Assembly (NCBI GenBank): GCA_036172245.1
Contig: JAYWIR010000142.1
Location: 1-64,000 of the forward strand
Source of the DNA: Raillietiella orientalis
Lineage: Eukaryota
Direction: 5' to 3'
Length of the DNA stretch: 64,000 bases
The first letter of the stretch is position 1; the number at the start of each line of letters is the position of its first letter. The translations under genes were made by a program, and so were the position numbers. Of this stretch, positions 60,489-64,000 are shown piece by piece. A model generated the notes under the pieces. The model searched no databases, was not told where the DNA came from, and saw only the letters and a program-made list of their open reading frames with translations.

Positions 60489-61563
60489 GGACGTGAATTC
60501 GTGTCGCTCCGTTGATCCGCTGTTTGGTTGTGTTTGTGCGTTTCACTGCCTATTCCTGAGGATGAGCAGTGAACAACGCAACGTGGAAGTACTCGAGCCT
60601 GTGGTTCAGGAACTTCCCGCAGCTGGAGCGATGCCGACACCCCGTGCGAGCCCCGCGCCACCAACCAGGAGCTTTGCGGACGTGGCTGCATCTGCAGCCG
60701 TACAAGGATGCCTCCCCGACCAGGCGGAGATGCAGGCATATGTAGCCCAGGGCTACAAGCCTGCTCTCCGCTACAATGTAAGTGGAATAGGCAAGGCTGA
60801 AGAGGAGTTCGCAGACGAACTCTTCCGTGTGGGAGTGCAAGAAGAGGACCTCATAGCACTCATGCCTGTTCCAGCATCAGGCTATGTCAAGGTCCGATGC
60901 AAGCAGGCTGAGCTTGTGCAGCGGCTCCTCCGCACTCCTTTGACCATTTGCGGAAAAAAAGTTTTTCCCTCCGCGATGGACGAGTCTTTTGACGTTGTTC
61001 TCTTGGACGTAGAGCCGGAGATTAACGACAAAGTGTTGATGGACGCGTTGGTGAATTTCGCCAAAGTTCATGCGGTATGGGGGAAGGGGAGTTTTTACAA
61101 GAAGTTCCCCTCCATCCACACAGGATTTGCTGCGGTTAGGGTAATCGTTCCTAACCGCCGCACGCTGCCTTCCACGCTACAGATCAACGGCACGGTCGTT
61201 CACCTGTGGTTCGCAGGCAAAACTCTCGCGCGCGAGCAATGCGGCAAAGGGCATCGGGGTAAAGAATGCCCTTCCCCGAAGTGCCGCTATTGCAAGGAGT
61301 CCGGGCACGAAATCAGGAAGTGCCCCGACATAAAGAAAAACAAGGAGGCTGCTAGACTTCGGTGCGTTAAAGAGAGCGCTGAGGAGAAAGCAGCAGCCTC
61401 AAAAAAACGAGGAGACGAGGGAATGCCTGCCAAAAAACGGACAGGAACGTGGCGTTCCAAGAGGTTTTCTCTGCCGCAAAGCCCCAAAAGGGAAATCGGT
61501 CGACAGGGATGGCTATTAAAAAAGGGCGCGAGGGCTGCGCGCGTGCCTTCACTGATCTCATAG
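60489..61563 (+). mobile_element. Family B 5' UTR and ORF1, 3'-truncated
   Basis: GGACGTG at 60489; RSFADVAASAAV, YVAQGYKPALRY, CEQC-like/GHRGKEC and CRYCKESGHEIRKC; collinear with 26150-26970. Confidence 0.9.
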
Positions 61564-61799
61564 CGGAATGCGGAGTTACCGCCCTGAAAATGGGGTCAGT
61601 GAAGCCAGTTACACCGGGCGGCATCGCGGTGGGACTGGGGACACGCGGATCACACTTTTGCGACAACCGTCTTCTTGAGAGCCTTGTCCATTTGGGAGGC
61701 TTCAACAGGAACCCTTCCAAAAAGGTGGCTGGAATTCCGGCGAGAAAAGCCGGGGAAAATGGCGGCGAGTTGTTTGAAAACCCGCCGCTACCAGCCGCA

Positions 61800-64000
61800 T
61801 CCTCCCCAACGAGGCAGTTTTCCCCGATTCCCACAAGGGGTGGGGTAATTTCTTGTTCATTCATACTACATTTACATTCACGCAAGCGAAACTTTTGTTC
61901 CGCTTTCTTCACTTCACTTCACTTTCACTTGGAGAGTCACTTAGGGAAGTTTACCGTGGGTATGCACTTGGGAGGACTACGTTTGGGTTCTTCCCTGGAA
62001 GATACTTTCTATCCTACGTAGGATATACTTGTATGTCCAGGCTAGCACTCTACCGCAGTTTCTTATTTCAATTTCCTTCTGGACGAGTCCTTTAAGGATG
62101 TCCATGGGGGGTGCGACCGCTCTGGAATTCTTCATCTTCCACCATCGTATCAGGATGGCGGTGATGAAGAGGGCAATGGCTGTCCTAGCCATCGGGTTGT
62201 ACAGAGGTACCTTGCTGTCTCCATGAAACATCCGTGCTAGTACTTCCGTCGGGCAGTCCTATGACCCTTTTCAGGGTCTGCCAGTCCTGGAGGATGGTGG
62301 ACAGGTTAGGACGTGGAGTCTTATTTCCCGGTCACCACACGCCTTGCATTTTTCGTCTTCCACTTCCCTGTGAAGTGTTGGATCCTTGAACCACTCTGGG
62401 TTCCTCCATGGAAGGACATCAGGAGGTCATCCTGAGTGTTCGGCGGTAGGTCACTCCTCCATAGCCAACAAGTTGATACTGTGGCTTCCGTGGCGATCGG
62501 CAGCTACTTGGAGGGCACTGATGTCTAGGTTGTCCTCTTTAATGATTTTGCGGAGGTATTTCCTATCTATCCTGAACCACGCGAAGTTGTTGTGGTTCTT
62601 CCACAACTCGTGGGTGCTGTGGGTGTATTTTCCCAACACCATCTTGATGTACCGGAGTATACGAGAATGGTGAAGTATCCTTCCCTTCTACATTCCTGGA
62701 TTCTTTTTAGAGTAACTCTGGGCCGCTGGTAGATCCAGGATCTTGTGTAGGGAGGCACACGAAGCATCCAGGGGATCACCAGGATAGATTCCTCCTTCCA
62801 GAGTTCCCTGCTTCGTGGTACGATTTTCAATTGGTGTTTTCGTACCAGCTGTTGTCTTCTTTTCCGGGTGGGATCGATGCTGTTCCACTCCCCCACTCGG
62901 CCTAGCAGCACAGTCATCGTGCCCTTCGAACTGTTCAATAACAATGAATAGGCCCTAGGCGCCGCGTACGGTCAGTCATCCCAGTGGGCGGCGATCTCCA
63001 GGATTTGTCGCGTATCCATGATTTCCACGGAATGTGCAGGAGACTTCATCCCGGTCCCACCTTCCTCCTTGGGACGACATAGGGGTTTTAGTCTTACTCT
63101 TGGACGATAGCTACTCCATAGTATTTTCCATTGCAACTTTCCTACTTCTCTGCAGGTGTTCTTATCCATTCTGCTGAAGGACGCCCCAAAGAGTATCTTC
63201 GGAAGGATTACTCCATTCCACAGGTTAGCCCTCCGCTTCATGTTGAAATCCGTCCTTGTGTGCTTCGTTGCTTCTTCTGCTGCCTTCCCCAGGATTCCGG
63301 TCCATAGCAGCTTTGACGCTGAGTTGTCGCCGATGTGGACTCCCAGGTACTTGGCGCAGTCCACCATTCGGAATCCTTGCTTCGTTAGTGAGGAGAGGTC
63401 CAGGATTCCGACGGGCAAAAGTTCACTCTTCTGGGCGTTGATTTGCAGTCCCAGTCCTTTCTCCTTCAACTCCACCACATCCAGGAACGCATACTGATCT
63501 CGTTCTTCCTTGATGAAGAAGAGGAGATCGTCCGCTTAAAACAGGTGGGTGAGTTTCTGATCGTCGACCTTGATCCTCGAAGGCGTCTGCTTCTTTCAAT
63601 GAACGATGAAAGAGCCTCCATGTAGATAGCAAACAGCATCGGACTTAGCGACTCTCCCTGGCGGACTCCTCGTTCCATCCTGATAGCTGCACTTTCTTCT
63701 CCATTGATCTTGATACGAAAGTGTTGATCGGCTAGCATCATTCTCACGAAGTTGCTGAAGTGCTCCGGGAGGCCCAGTTTTCCCAGAATCTTCAGCAACA
63801 TCGCATGGTCTATGGTATGGAATGCCTTCTCCATGTCGGTGAACACCAGCACCAGGTTCTCGCCGACGTATCGCCTGAGTCCCACGGTAGCCTGGGCACA
63901 CTTGACATTCTCCGACATGTGGCGTCCGGGCACCGCGCATGTCTGGACTGGAGAGATTAGCTTCGGCATGACCTTGCCTAAGCGGTTGGCCCAGATATTT
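61800..64000 (-). mobile_element. Third L1/Tx1-like family: 3' part of ORF2 (RT, CCHC) and 3' UTR, 5' part off-window
   Basis: SPVQTCAVPGR, DMEKAFHTIDH, GVRQGESLSPMLF, KYLGVHIG, RPKEEGGTG and CKACGDRE..HVL; protein clearly diverged from families A and B. Confidence 0.92.

Noticed and set aside
61905..61930. Short (TTCAC)n run
   Set aside because: Only about four imperfect units in a LINE 3' region; ordinary simple repeat, not telomeric.
1..64000. Prokaryotic reading of the reverse transcriptases (retron, DGR, group II intron, CRISPR-RT)
   Set aside because: The RTs sit with APE endonuclease, gag-like knuckles and C-terminal CCHC motifs, which is eukaryotic non-LTR architecture. No operons or repeat-spacer arrays are seen.

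Overview
Repeat-dense eukaryotic (probably invertebrate) DNA, not prokaryotic. About half the window is nested, decayed non-LTR retrotransposons. These are at least three L1/Tx1-like families (zinc-knuckle ORF1; APE endonuclease-RT-CCHC ORF2) plus NeSL/Utopia-like restriction-endonuclease element fragments. The ORF track is mostly pieces or antisense shadows of these. A weakly supported spliced host gene with short GT-AG introns lies near 7.3-8.0 kb; most of 8-20 kb and 48-59 kb could not be assigned. The stand-out region is 41.5-47.3 kb. It has an intact, intronless ~810-845-codon ORF of unknown family ending at an in-frame G_GGT_TTT slippery heptamer plus TAG. A highly diverged, broken homologue of that ORF follows directly downstream, and a near-identical copy of its 5' end is fused to the end of a retroelement ORF 1.8 kb upstream. 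A 165-bp Rickettsiales-like DEAD-box helicase fragment sits just beyond. I read this as a cluster of captured foreign sequence (candidate endogenous RNA-virus elements plus an endosymbiont fragment), but the viral identity is inference. The LINEs also share an unusual non-poly(A) 3' terminus, a covarying 3' UTR pseudoknot, a GGACGTG 5' motif, and a near-identical 5'-inversion breakpoint in two copies. Element boundaries are by-eye estimates.
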